NCBI GenBank assembly: GCA_051745145.1
Contig: JBNJDT010000004.1
Span: forward strand, 13,698-77,697
DNA from: Elusimicrobiota bacterium
GTDB taxonomy: Bacteria; CG03; SLGR01; JAGXOG01
Reading direction: 5' to 3'
DNA length: 64,000 nucleotides
Shown: positions 10,656-18,816 of the stretch, in pieces
How the letters are laid out: every line of letters begins with the position of its first letter
Position numbering within the stretch: position 1 is the first letter of the stretch
Translations under genes and position numbers: made by a program
The notes under the pieces: model-generated
Told to the model about the DNA's origin: nothing
What the model saw: the letters and a program-made list of their open reading frames with translations, nothing else
The model's database searches: none

Positions 10656-11159
10656 ATGGTACTTGACTATAAATACTGTCCCATATGTACATCCCCACTT
10701 GAAGAAGATTATATTGATGGGCAAAAAAGATTTCACTGTATCGCCTGTGGTTGGATTGATTATCGTAATCCCGTTCCGGCAGTTGCATGCATAGTAAAGC
10801 AGAAAAATAAATTTTTACTGGTAAAAAGAGGCGTTAATCCTCAGAAAGGTAAGTGGTCGTTACCAGCCGGTTTTATGGAACTTTATGAAAAACCCGAAGA
10901 AGCGGTACTCAGAGAATTAAAAGAAGAAACCGGTCTGGAGGGGAAAGTAGAAAAGCTTATAGGCGTATATTCACAGCCCAGTAAAAATTACGGCACTGTT
11001 CTTACCATAGGATATTTAGTAAAAGAGATTACCGGTGTTCTTTTAGGCGGGGATGATGTGAAGGCGGCTAAATTTTCTAAAATAGAAGATGTCAAAGACA
11101 TACCCTTTACCAGTCATAGGAAAATGCTTATTGATATAGGGTTTAGAGAGAAACGATAA
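10656..11159 (+). CDS. Zinc-ribbon Nudix hydrolase (ADP-ribose pyrophosphatase-like)
   Basis: CPIC..CIAC ribbon; Nudix box G-FME..E..EEAVLRELKEETGL. Confidence 0.9.
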   Translation: MVLDYKYCPICTSPLEEDYIDGQKRFHCIACGWIDYRNPVPAVACIVKQKNKFLLVKRGVNPQKGKWSLPAGFMELYEKPEEAVLRELKEETGLEGKVEKLIGVYSQPSKNYGTVLTIGYLVKEITGVLLGGDDVKAAKFSKIEDVKDIPFTSHRKMLIDIGFREKR

Positions 11160-11160
11160 A

Positions 11161-12123
11161 TTGGATTATAAATATATTTTTGGTCCGGTTCCTTCTAGAC
11201 GTTTAGGCATTTCGCTGGGAATAGATATTGTTCCCTATAAAACTTGCAGTTATGATTGTATTTACTGTGAGTGTGGTAAAACCACTAACAGAACTATAAA
11301 TCGTAAATCCTACGTAAATCCAGAAAAAATAGAAAAAGAGTTAAAAAATTTTTTAAAAAATAAAATTAGCACTAAACAACTTGATTATATTACTTTATCC
11401 GGGGGTGGTGAACCCACTTTAAATTCTAAGATAGGAGAAATCATAGATGTTATAAAAATAATTGCGCCGGATGTTAATATAGCGCTGTTAACCAATGGCT
11501 CACTTTTTTATATGAAAAAGGTAAGAGAAGATGTAAAAAAATGTGATTTAATAGTACCTTCCTTAGATAGTGCATTGCAGAAAACATTTATTAAATTAAA
11601 TCGTCCGTGTTGCAAGTTAAAAATAGACAAAATAATAAAAGGTTTAAAGAAGCTAAAAACGACTAATACGAAACTTTGGATAGAAGTATTTGTAGTGCCG
11701 GGTATTAATGATACTGAACATGAAATTCGTATTTTGAAAAAAGTTCTTACAGAAATAGCTCCCCAGAAGATACAATTAAATACTATGGATCGTCCGGGTA
11801 CGGAACCGGATATAAAAAAAGCTGGATTAGATAAATTAAAAGAAATAAGAGAATACATGAAGCCATTAAATACAGAAATTATTGGCAAAGTTACTTCTAA
11901 AGCTACTACGGAAGAATTAAGCGGTGATATAGAATCGACAATTCTTTCTATATTAAAAAGGAGACCCTGTACAATAGAAGATATATCTATAATATCGGGA
12001 AAAAAGAAAAAAATCATAGAAAAATATTTGCGAAAATTGGAAAATTCTGATAGAATTATTAGCCAAAATTGTAGAGATAGTAAGGAGATAAAGAGAGGAG
12101 TGTTTTATAAGAGCAATGAATAA
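11161..12123 (+). CDS. Radical SAM Fe-S protein (COG0731-like) with a C-terminal HTH-like region
   Basis: FGPVPSRRLGISLG, CSYDCIYC (CxxxCxxC), GGGEPTL, LLTNGSL; TTG start. Confidence 0.85.
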   Translation: MDYKYIFGPVPSRRLGISLGIDIVPYKTCSYDCIYCECGKTTNRTINRKSYVNPEKIEKELKNFLKNKISTKQLDYITLSGGGEPTLNSKIGEIIDVIKIIAPDVNIALLTNGSLFYMKKVREDVKKCDLIVPSLDSALQKTFIKLNRPCCKLKIDKIIKGLKKLKTTNTKLWIEVFVVPGINDTEHEIRILKKVLTEIAPQKIQLNTMDRPGTEPDIKKAGLDKLKEIREYMKPLNTEIIGKVTSKATTEELSGDIESTILSILKRRPCTIEDISIISGKKKKIIEKYLRKLENSDRIISQNCRDSKEIKRGVFYKSNE

Positions 12124-13045
12124 AAAGAAAAAAAGAGTTAAAGGTAGAGTAGCAGATATTACAGATTTAGAAAAAGAGGCACTTGCACTTGTTGAAACCA
12201 GGGGGAAAACCGGTACTATTGGCTCGTTAGATTTAATGCCCAAAACATCGGAAGTAAATTTTGTGAGAAGAGTTAATATAGGTACCGGAATGGTTACTGT
12301 GGTATATATGGGAGAAGTAGCGGCCGCCCGTTCAGCTCACGATGCAGCTAGTAATCTGGCTCGTAAAATAAGTGAGTTTATAACCAGTAATGTAATACCC
12401 CGGCCCCATGAAAGGACATACTCCTTACTCCAGCAGGCTTCAGGTGAACAGCTGAATATGGAGGCTGGGAAAGGTAAAAAAATGGCTGTTGGTATGGTGG
12501 AAACAGAGGGTTTTGTGGGAATGTTAGAGGCGGCCGATAAGGGAATAAAGGCAGCTGATGTACAGATTCCAGGTTGGGTTACTGTAGGGGGAAGTTTAAC
12601 CTCTGTATTTTATCGGGGAGAAGTTGCCGCTGTTCATTCAGCAGTAGAAGCTGGAGTAATAGCCGCCTCAGATCTTACCAATGTTGTGGCTACCCATGTT
12701 ATCCCTCAGCCTGATAAAGGTACTGAGCAGTCGGCCCCAATCGGTAAATTTAGTGGTAAATCAGTTTTTGATGAAGTGGACGATGAAGCCGCATTGGGAA
12801 TATTGGAGACCAGGGGGATTACAGGTTTAATTGAAGGAATAGATGCCGGACTTAAGGCAGCCAGTGTAATTGTGCAAGGCTGGGAAAAAATTGGTCGGGG
12901 AATCACTTCTACTCTTTTCAGGGGTACGGTGGCCGATGTACGTTCGGCTATGGATGCTGCTAAAAGAGGAGCAACTGATGCCGGTGAGGTGGTAGGAACC
13001 TATGTAATAGCTCGCCCACATGCGGAATTGGAAAAGGGGAGATAA
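12116..13045 (+). CDS. Bacterial microcompartment shell protein with three tandem BMC (Pfam00936-type) domains
   Basis: Three repeats of A[LV][AG]xxETxG...K...G[ET]VA.(V/A).SA...VI[PA][RQ]P[HD], at about aa 21-105, 123-205 and 224-309. Confidence 0.9.
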   Translation: MNKKKKRVKGRVADITDLEKEALALVETRGKTGTIGSLDLMPKTSEVNFVRRVNIGTGMVTVVYMGEVAAARSAHDAASNLARKISEFITSNVIPRPHERTYSLLQQASGEQLNMEAGKGKKMAVGMVETEGFVGMLEAADKGIKAADVQIPGWVTVGGSLTSVFYRGEVAAVHSAVEAGVIAASDLTNVVATHVIPQPDKGTEQSAPIGKFSGKSVFDEVDDEAALGILETRGITGLIEGIDAGLKAASVIVQGWEKIGRGITSTLFRGTVADVRSAMDAAKRGATDAGEVVGTYVIARPHAELEKGR

Positions 13046-13065
13046 AAAGAAAGGAAAAATCTAGT

Positions 13066-13722
13066 ATTTCCATAAAGAGAAACGTTAAAAAAATATTATC
13101 TGAAATTCCAGAGCATGTGAAGTTGGAAGCAGCCTGTAAAACCCGTACAGCCGCGGAAATTCAAAAAGCCGTGGACGGGGGAATCCGAATACTGGGGGAA
13201 AATTATTACCAGGAAGCTGCCGATGTAGTTGATAAAGTAACCGGGAAGCCTCAGTGGCATTTTATAGGACATCTCCAGAGAAATAAAGTTAAAAAAGCCA
13301 TAAAAATCTTTGATATGATTGAGTCGCTGGATTCTTATCGTTTGGCTAAAGAAATTAATAAAAGATGTAAAAAAATAGATAAAGTTATGGACTGTTTGGT
13401 GGAAGTTAACAGCGGTAGAGAAAAAAACAAATACGGTATTTTTCCCGAAGAGATTGAAGATTTTATAGATGAGGTAAAGGACTTTAAATATATAAAGATA
13501 AAAGGCCTTATGACAATGGGAGCTTTTGAAGGGACTTCAGAAGATTTTAGGCCCTATTTTAAAATTACTCGAAAAATTTTTAATAGTTTAAAACTACAGG
13601 ATATACCCGAATGTGATATGGAATATCTTTCTATGGGAATGTCAACATCGTATAAAATTGCTATAGAAGAAGGAGCGAATATAGTTAGAATAGGCACAAA
13701 AATATTTGGGCCACGGTCATAA
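13066..13722 (+). CDS. yggS: Pyridoxal phosphate homeostasis protein (YggS/PLPBP); start probably ATT 13066 rather than GTG 13117
   Basis: PLP Lys in AACKT, GENYYQE, WHFIGHLQRNK, GLMTMG, LSMGMS, VRIGTKIFG. Confidence 0.92.
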   Translation: MSIKRNVKKILSEIPEHVKLEAACKTRTAAEIQKAVDGGIRILGENYYQEAADVVDKVTGKPQWHFIGHLQRNKVKKAIKIFDMIESLDSYRLAKEINKRCKKIDKVMDCLVEVNSGREKNKYGIFPEEIEDFIDEVKDFKYIKIKGLMTMGAFEGTSEDFRPYFKITRKIFNSLKLQDIPECDMEYLSMGMSTSYKIAIEEGANIVRIGTKIFGPRS

Positions 13723-13762
13723 ATATAACAGGTAAATTATTTGACCTACTAAATATACTTCC

Positions 13763-13791
13763 TTGACAAAACTATAACATTTAATTAATAT
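13763..13791 (+). promoter_or_regulatory. sigma70 promoter of the tRNA-tuf operon
   Basis: TTGACA-17 nt-TAATAT, 20 nt upstream of tRNA-Thr. Confidence 0.7.
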
Positions 13792-13811
13792 CAATAATTG
13801 AACTTATTGTA

Positions 13812-13887
13812 GCCGATGTAGCTCAATTGGTAGAGCAGCTCACTTGTAATGAGCAGGTTACTGGTTCAAGTCCGGTCATCGGCTCCA
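13812..13887 (+). tRNA. tRNA-Thr(TGT)
   Basis: Cloverleaf; anticodon arm GCTCA-CTTGTAA-TGAGC; GGTTCAA T-loop; encoded CCA. Confidence 0.97.
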
Positions 13888-13905
13888 TTTGGAGTAGCTA
13901 TATAA

Positions 13906-13996
13906 GGACAGGTGGCCGAGTTTGGTTAAAGGCAACAGACTGTAAATCTGTCGGTCGATTTGACCTTCGGGGGTTCAAATCCTCCCCTGTCCACCA
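13906..13996 (+). tRNA. tRNA-Tyr(GTA)
   Basis: ACAGA-CTGTAAA-TCTGT anticodon arm, long variable arm, CCA end. Confidence 0.96.
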
Positions 13997-14007
13997 CTTT
14001 TATGTCG

Positions 14008-14081
14008 GCGGGTGTAGCTTAGTGGTAAAGCCCTGGCCTTCCAAGCCAGCTACGTGGGTTCGATCCCCATCACCCGCTCCA
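14008..14081 (+). tRNA. tRNA-Gly(TCC)
   Basis: CTGGC-CTTCCAA-GCCAG anticodon arm; GCGGGTG/CACCCGC acceptor stem; CCA. Confidence 0.97.
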
Positions 14082-14150
14082 GTTAGTTGATAAGTAGTTA
14101 GATATATTTTAAAGTATATGAATAAGGTTGAGCAAACTTTAAAATATTTA

Positions 14151-14226
14151 GCTGGGATAGCTCAGCCGGTAGAGCACATGCATGGTAAGCATGAGGTCAC
14201 GGGTTCAAATCCCGTTCCCAGCTCCA
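14151..14226 (+). tRNA. tRNA-Thr(GGT)
   Basis: CATGC-ATGGTAA-GCATG anticodon arm; GCTGGGA/TCCCAGC acceptor stem; CCA. Confidence 0.96.
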
Positions 14227-14297
14227 AAAGTGAAAAACGGTAAAATAAGATAGATTATAAAAATAAGGTTTATAAATAATTAAGGAGGAAAAATAAG

Positions 14298-15491
14298 ATG
14301 GCAAAGGCAAAATTTGAGAGAACAAAGCCGCATGTAAACGTGGGTACAATAGGGCACGTGGATCACGGAAAGACGACATTGACGGCGGCCATGTTAAAAT
14401 ACTTACAGGGAAAAGGATTTGCGGAAGTATTAAATGTAAATGATATAGATAATGCCCCGGAAGAGCAGGAGAGGGGAGTAACGATAGCCACTGCTCATGT
14501 AGAGTATGAGACAGAGGGGAGGCATTACGCCCATGTGGACTGTCCGGGACATGCCGATTATGTAAAGAACATGATTACCGGAGCAGCGCAGATGGACGGA
14601 GCTATTTTAGTGGTATCGGCAGCGGACGGGCCAATGCCCCAGACCCGTGAGCACATACTGCTGGCCAGGCAGGTAGGAGTACCTGCAATGGTAGTATTTA
14701 TGAATAAGACGGATCAGGTAGATGATGAAGAGTTAATAGAACTGGTAGATTTAGAGATAAGAGAACTTTTAAATAAGTATGAATTTCCCGGTGACGATAT
14801 GACAATAGTGAAGGGGTCAGCTTTAAAAGCCTTAGAAGATGATGATTTAGAGAGTGAAGATAATAAGGCAATAGGGAAGCTGATAGAAGCGTTGGATGAA
14901 GATATACCGGAACCATCCAGAGAAATAGACAAGCCGTTTTTAATGAGTGTGGAAGATGTATTTACGATAACCGGTAGGGGGACGGTAGCCACCGGCAGAA
15001 TAGAGAGAGGTAAGATAGAGCTTGGAGACGACGTACAGATAGTGGGGCTGGGAAAGAACCAGGAATCGGTAGCTACGGGGATAGAGATGTTCCGTAAAGA
15101 GATGGAATCAGCCCAGGCCGGAGACAACGTAGGAATGCTATTAAGAGGAGTGGACAAGGAAGATATACAGAGGGGCCAGGTAATAGCGGAGCCGGGTTCG
15201 ATAACCCCGCATACAAAATTTAAAGGTCAGTTATATGTATTGAGTAAAGAAGAGGGAGGAAGACATACTCCATTCTTTTCAGGATACCGGCCGCAGTTTT
15301 ATTTCAGAACTACAGATGTTACGGGAGTGGTGAAATTACCGGAAGGAAGAGAGATGGTAATGCCCGGAGATAATGTAGAGCTGGAAGGAGACTTAATAGA
15401 GCCGATAGCTATGGAACAGGGATTGAGGTTTGCAATAAGAGAAGGCGGCCATACTGTAGGAGCCGGTGTAGTTTCGGAGATTATTGAGTAA
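14298..15491 (+). CDS. tuf: Elongation factor Tu (copy 1)
   Basis: [25 protein letters not shown]. Confidence 0.99.
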   Translation: MAKAKFERTKPHVNVGTIGHVDHGKTTLTAAMLKYLQGKGFAEVLNVNDIDNAPEEQERGVTIATAHVEYETEGRHYAHVDCPGHADYVKNMITGAAQMDGAILVVSAADGPMPQTREHILLARQVGVPAMVVFMNKTDQVDDEELIELVDLEIRELLNKYEFPGDDMTIVKGSALKALEDDDLESEDNKAIGKLIEALDEDIPEPSREIDKPFLMSVEDVFTITGRGTVATGRIERGKIELGDDVQIVGLGKNQESVATGIEMFRKEMESAQAGDNVGMLLRGVDKEDIQRGQVIAEPGSITPHTKFKGQLYVLSKEEGGRHTPFFSGYRPQFYFRTTDVTGVVKLPEGREMVMPGDNVELEGDLIEPIAMEQGLRFAIREGGHTVGAGVVSEIIE

Positions 15492-15493
15492 TA

Positions 15494-15658
15494 ATGGCTA
15501 AGCATGATAGAATTGTGCAGCATATGGAATGCGGTGAATGTAAAAGGCGTAATTATACATACCGCAGAAATAAGAAGCATAAGCAGGATAAACCTAAGTT
15601 AAAGAAATACTGCAGGTTTTGCCGTAAACATACTGTACATAAAACGGTTAAAGGTTGA
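15494..15658 (+). CDS. rpmG: 50S ribosomal protein L33 (Zn-binding type); absent from the ORF track
   Basis: Manual translation MAKHDRIVQHMECGECKRRNY...KKYCRFCRKHTVHKTVKG*; canonical position between tuf and secE. Confidence 0.93.
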   Translation: MAKHDRIVQHMECGECKRRNYTYRRNKKHKQDKPKLKKYCRFCRKHTVHKTVKG

Positions 15659-15662
15659 TAAC

Positions 15663-15740
15663 AGGCCTGTGGCGCAATCAGGCTAGCGCACCGGATTCCA
15701 AATCCGACGGTTGCAGGTTCGATTCCTGCCAGGCCTGCCA
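15663..15740 (+). tRNA. tRNA-Trp(CCA)
   Basis: Anticodon loop TTCCAAA, GGTTCGA T-loop, CCA end; canonical position before secE. Confidence 0.94.
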
Positions 15741-15770
15741 CATATTTATTGATGAAAATTTTGAGAATTG

Positions 15771-15962
15771 ATGAAAATATTTGATAAGACAAGAAGATTT
15801 ATAAGAGAAGTTTTAATAGAAGTCAGGAAGGTAACCTGGCCCGACAAAAAGGAGCTTATCAGTTCTACTTTAGTAGTAATAGTACTGGTATTTTTTGTTG
15901 CACTGTATATAGGTTTAGTAGATTTTGTATTATCCCATTTACTGGGGGTTTTATTACAATGA
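15771..15962 (+). CDS. secE: Preprotein translocase subunit SecE
   Basis: EVRKVTWP motif plus one TM helix. Confidence 0.95.
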   Translation: MKIFDKTRRFIREVLIEVRKVTWPDKKELISSTLVVIVLVFFVALYIGLVDFVLSHLLGVLLQ

Positions 15963-16507
15963 CATTAATAGAAGAAGATAGAGCAAACTGGTATGTAATT
16001 AATACTTACACCGGGCAGGAATCGCAGGTAAAAGAACGGATTCTCAATAAAGCTGAATATGAAGGCTTTGAGGATAAAATACATGAAATTTTAATACCTA
16101 CAAGAGATATTGTAGCTTTAAGAAAAGGTAAGAAAAAAGTTCTGAAAAAACAGTTTTACCCAGGTTATATTCTGGCCAAGGTAGAAAAAACAAGCGAAGT
16201 ATATTTTTATATAAAAAATGTAAAGGGAGTAATCGATTTTTTAGGCGGAAAAGACAGCAGCCCTTTAAAACGTGAAGAATATAAAAAGATACAGGATATG
16301 ATAAAACAGAAGAAGTCCCAGGACCCTAAACCTGCAGTCTCTTTTAAAAAGGGCGATCAGGTTAGAATTGTTGACGGTCCGTTTGATAATTTTATGGGCA
16401 TAGTCGATGACGTGGATGAAAGTAAACAAAAAGTTAAAGTTATGGTAACTATTTTTGGTAGAACTACCCCCGTAGAGTTGGACTTTCTTCAGGTTGAGAA
16501 TGTTTAA
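15959..16507 (+). CDS. nusG: Transcription termination/antitermination factor NusG
   Basis: WYVINTYTGQE, FYPGYIL, KOW motif GDQVRIVDGPF, IFGRTTPVEL. Confidence 0.97.
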   Translation: MTLIEEDRANWYVINTYTGQESQVKERILNKAEYEGFEDKIHEILIPTRDIVALRKGKKKVLKKQFYPGYILAKVEKTSEVYFYIKNVKGVIDFLGGKDSSPLKREEYKKIQDMIKQKKSQDPKPAVSFKKGDQVRIVDGPFDNFMGIVDDVDESKQKVKVMVTIFGRTTPVELDFLQVENV

Positions 16508-16544
16508 ATTATTTTTTATATAAACGACGAGGAGTAAATATAAT

Positions 16545-17045
16545 ATGGCAAAAAAGAAACCAGAAACGGTAATAAAATTGCAGATTCCGGCCGGCGATGC
16601 TACACCGGCGCCCCCGGTTGGTCCGGCACTTGGACAGCATGGCCTTAATATTATGGAATTTTGCAATGCTTTTAATGAAAAAACTAAAAACAGGGAAGCC
16701 GGTATTTTAGTACCGGTAGAAATAAATATTTATCCGGACAAGAGTTTTGATTTTAAGACAAAAATCGCACCTGTTTCGTCGCTGTTAAAAAAAGAAGTAG
16801 GAATAGCGGTTGCTAGCGGTGAGCCTAATAAAAATAAAATAGGTGAAGTTACAGAGGAGCAGATAAGAAATATAGCCGAAAAAAAATTACCGGATTTAAA
16901 TACTAAAAATATTGAGGCCGCCATGAATATTGTAAAAGGGACGGCCAACAGTATGGGATTGGTAGTTGTAGAAGAAGCTACCGGAAAGATTTATACTGAT
17001 GATAGTGCTGATGAAGAAACAGAAGAAGTAGAGGAAGAACTATAA
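16545..17045 (+). CDS. rplK: 50S ribosomal protein L11 with acidic C-terminal extension
   Basis: [29 protein letters not shown]. Confidence 0.97.
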   Translation: MAKKKPETVIKLQIPAGDATPAPPVGPALGQHGLNIMEFCNAFNEKTKNREAGILVPVEINIYPDKSFDFKTKIAPVSSLLKKEVGIAVASGEPNKNKIGEVTEEQIRNIAEKKLPDLNTKNIEAAMNIVKGTANSMGLVVVEEATGKIYTDDSADEETEEVEEEL

Positions 17046-17047
17046 TA

Positions 17048-17719
17048 ATGAGTGGTAAAAGATATAAAGAAGCGAAAGAAAAAATAGAGTCAAATTCCTA
17101 TCCGGTTGAGGACGCTATAGGTAAGTTAAAAGAGCTGGCTACAGCAGATTTTGATGAAACTGTAGAGATAGCAGTTAATTTGGGGGTGGATCCCCGTAAA
17201 TCCGACCAGATGGTGCGCGGCAGCGTGGTGCTGCCCCATGGTACAGGCCGTAATATTAAAGTTGCTGCCGCTGTGGATAGTAAACTGGCGGATAAAGCCC
17301 AAAAAGCGGGAGCTGATATAGCCGGCATTGAAAAAGTTACAGAAGTGACTGAAAAAGGGGATATAGATTTTGATGTGCTGCTGGCTACACCGGATTGTAT
17401 GAAAAATCTGGGTAAATTAGGGAGAATTCTGGGCCCGAAAGGATTAATGCCTTCACCAAAATCTGGGACTGTTGTGGAAGATATAGAAGAAGCAATTAAA
17501 AAAGTAAAAAAAGGACAGGTTGAATTTAAAATTGGGAGAAGTGCTGTGCTACATGGTATTTTGGGGAAAATATCTTTTTCCCAGGAAGATTTACTGGATA
17601 ATTATAATGCATACATACAGGCTGTAAAAGATAGCCGACCTAATTCAGCAAAAGGTAAATTTATAGAAAAAGTTTTTTTGTCCACAACGATGGGGCCTTC
17701 CCTAAAACTTGACATATAG
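17048..17719 (+). CDS. rplA: 50S ribosomal protein L1
   Basis: FDETVE, LPHGTG, LGPKGLMP, STTMGPS. Confidence 0.98.
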   Translation: MSGKRYKEAKEKIESNSYPVEDAIGKLKELATADFDETVEIAVNLGVDPRKSDQMVRGSVVLPHGTGRNIKVAAAVDSKLADKAQKAGADIAGIEKVTEVTEKGDIDFDVLLATPDCMKNLGKLGRILGPKGLMPSPKSGTVVEDIEEAIKKVKKGQVEFKIGRSAVLHGILGKISFSQEDLLDNYNAYIQAVKDSRPNSAKGKFIEKVFLSTTMGPSLKLDI

Positions 17720-17722
17720 AGT

Positions 17723-17750
17723 TTGACTTTTCAGATACATTTAATAAAAT
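17723..17750 (+). promoter_or_regulatory. Putative rplJ promoter
   Basis: TTGACT-16 nt-TAAAAT in the rplA-rplJ gap. Confidence 0.45.
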
Positions 17751-17813
17751 ATAGAGTTGTGAATTTATTAAGGTGATGTGTAACTAATCCGGGAAAAAAT
17801 AAGAAAAAATATT

Positions 17814-18446
17814 ATGCAAAAAGAAGAAAAAAAACAATTTGTTGAGGAATTTAAAGAGGAAGTAGGAAAGGCCGAAAGTGTAGTCTTAACTAATTATCAA
17901 GGTCTGGACGTAAACAGTATAACTGAACTGCGCTGGAAACTTAAAGAGAGCGGCTGCGTTATGAAAGTTGTCAAAAATAGATTGGCCCGCCGGGCTTTTC
18001 AGGACATTGATGAGTATAAAGATATGGCGAAATATTTATCGGGGCCTACAGCGGTATTGTTCGGGACAAAAGATCCTTCGGAAAGTATAAAAATTTATAA
18101 AAATTTTATTGATGAAGATAATGAAATGGGTTTTAAGTCGGCCGTAATAAATGACAATTTGCTGGATGCAGAAAGTCTGAAAAAATTAGCTGATTTACCA
18201 TCCCGCAAAGTATTACTGGGCCAGGTGGTCAGAGTAACGAATGCACCGGTTCAGAATTTGTACAGCGGACTTAAAAATATTATTCAGAAATTTCTATATG
18301 CCTTGAATGACTATAAGGATAATTTAGAGGAAGAAGGTGGGACTGAAGAAAAGGGAACAGAGGAATCTACAGAAGATATAAATGACAAAGCAGAAGAAAA
18401 TATAAAAGAACAGGAGGAAGAAAATGGCGGCGAAGAAAAAGAGTAA
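17814..18446 (+). CDS. rplJ: 50S ribosomal protein L10 with acidic C-terminal tail
   Basis: NYQGL..ITELR, VVKNRLA, LSGPTA, LADLPSR. Confidence 0.95.
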   Translation: MQKEEKKQFVEEFKEEVGKAESVVLTNYQGLDVNSITELRWKLKESGCVMKVVKNRLARRAFQDIDEYKDMAKYLSGPTAVLFGTKDPSESIKIYKNFIDEDNEMGFKSAVINDNLLDAESLKKLADLPSRKVLLGQVVRVTNAPVQNLYSGLKNIIQKFLYALNDYKDNLEEEGGTEEKGTEESTEDINDKAEENIKEQEEENGGEEKE

Positions 18447-18816
18447 TGTTGATAAGATACTGGAAAATATTGAGGAATTAACAGTTCTGGAACTTTCGGA
18501 ACTTGTTTCTGCCATGGAGGAAAAATTTGATGTATCGGCCCAGGCGCCTGTAGCTCAGGTAGCAGCAGGGGCAGCCGGGGGACAAGAAGGCGGTGAAGAA
18601 GAACAGACAGAATTTGATGTAATGCTTCAGGCAGCCGGAAATAAAAGAATCCAGGTTATAAAGACTGTAAGAGAAATCACAGGTCTGGGCTTAAAAGAAG
18701 CAAAAAGTTTAGTGGATGATGCACCGGAAGCTGTAAAAGAAGGAATTGAAAAAGAAAAAGCCGAAGAGATAAAGGAAAAATTAGAAGAACAGGGAGCAAC
18801 TGTAGAGCTTCAATAA
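18424..18816 (+). CDS. rplL: 50S ribosomal protein L7/L12
   Basis: [26 protein letters not shown]. Confidence 0.98.
   Translation: MAAKKKSNVDKILENIEELTVLELSELVSAMEEKFDVSAQAPVAQVAAGAAGGQEGGEEEQTEFDVMLQAAGNKRIQVIKTVREITGLGLKEAKSLVDDAPEAVKEGIEKEKAEEIKEKLEEQGATVELQ

Noticed and set aside
13827..14090. 87-aa + strand ORF
   Set aside because: It lies across three tRNA genes; spurious
14106..14147. Inverted repeat (ATTTTAAAGT/ACTTTAAAAT) between tRNA-Gly and tRNA-Thr
   Set aside because: AT-rich spacer hairpin, at most a processing aid; no evidence of a separate element
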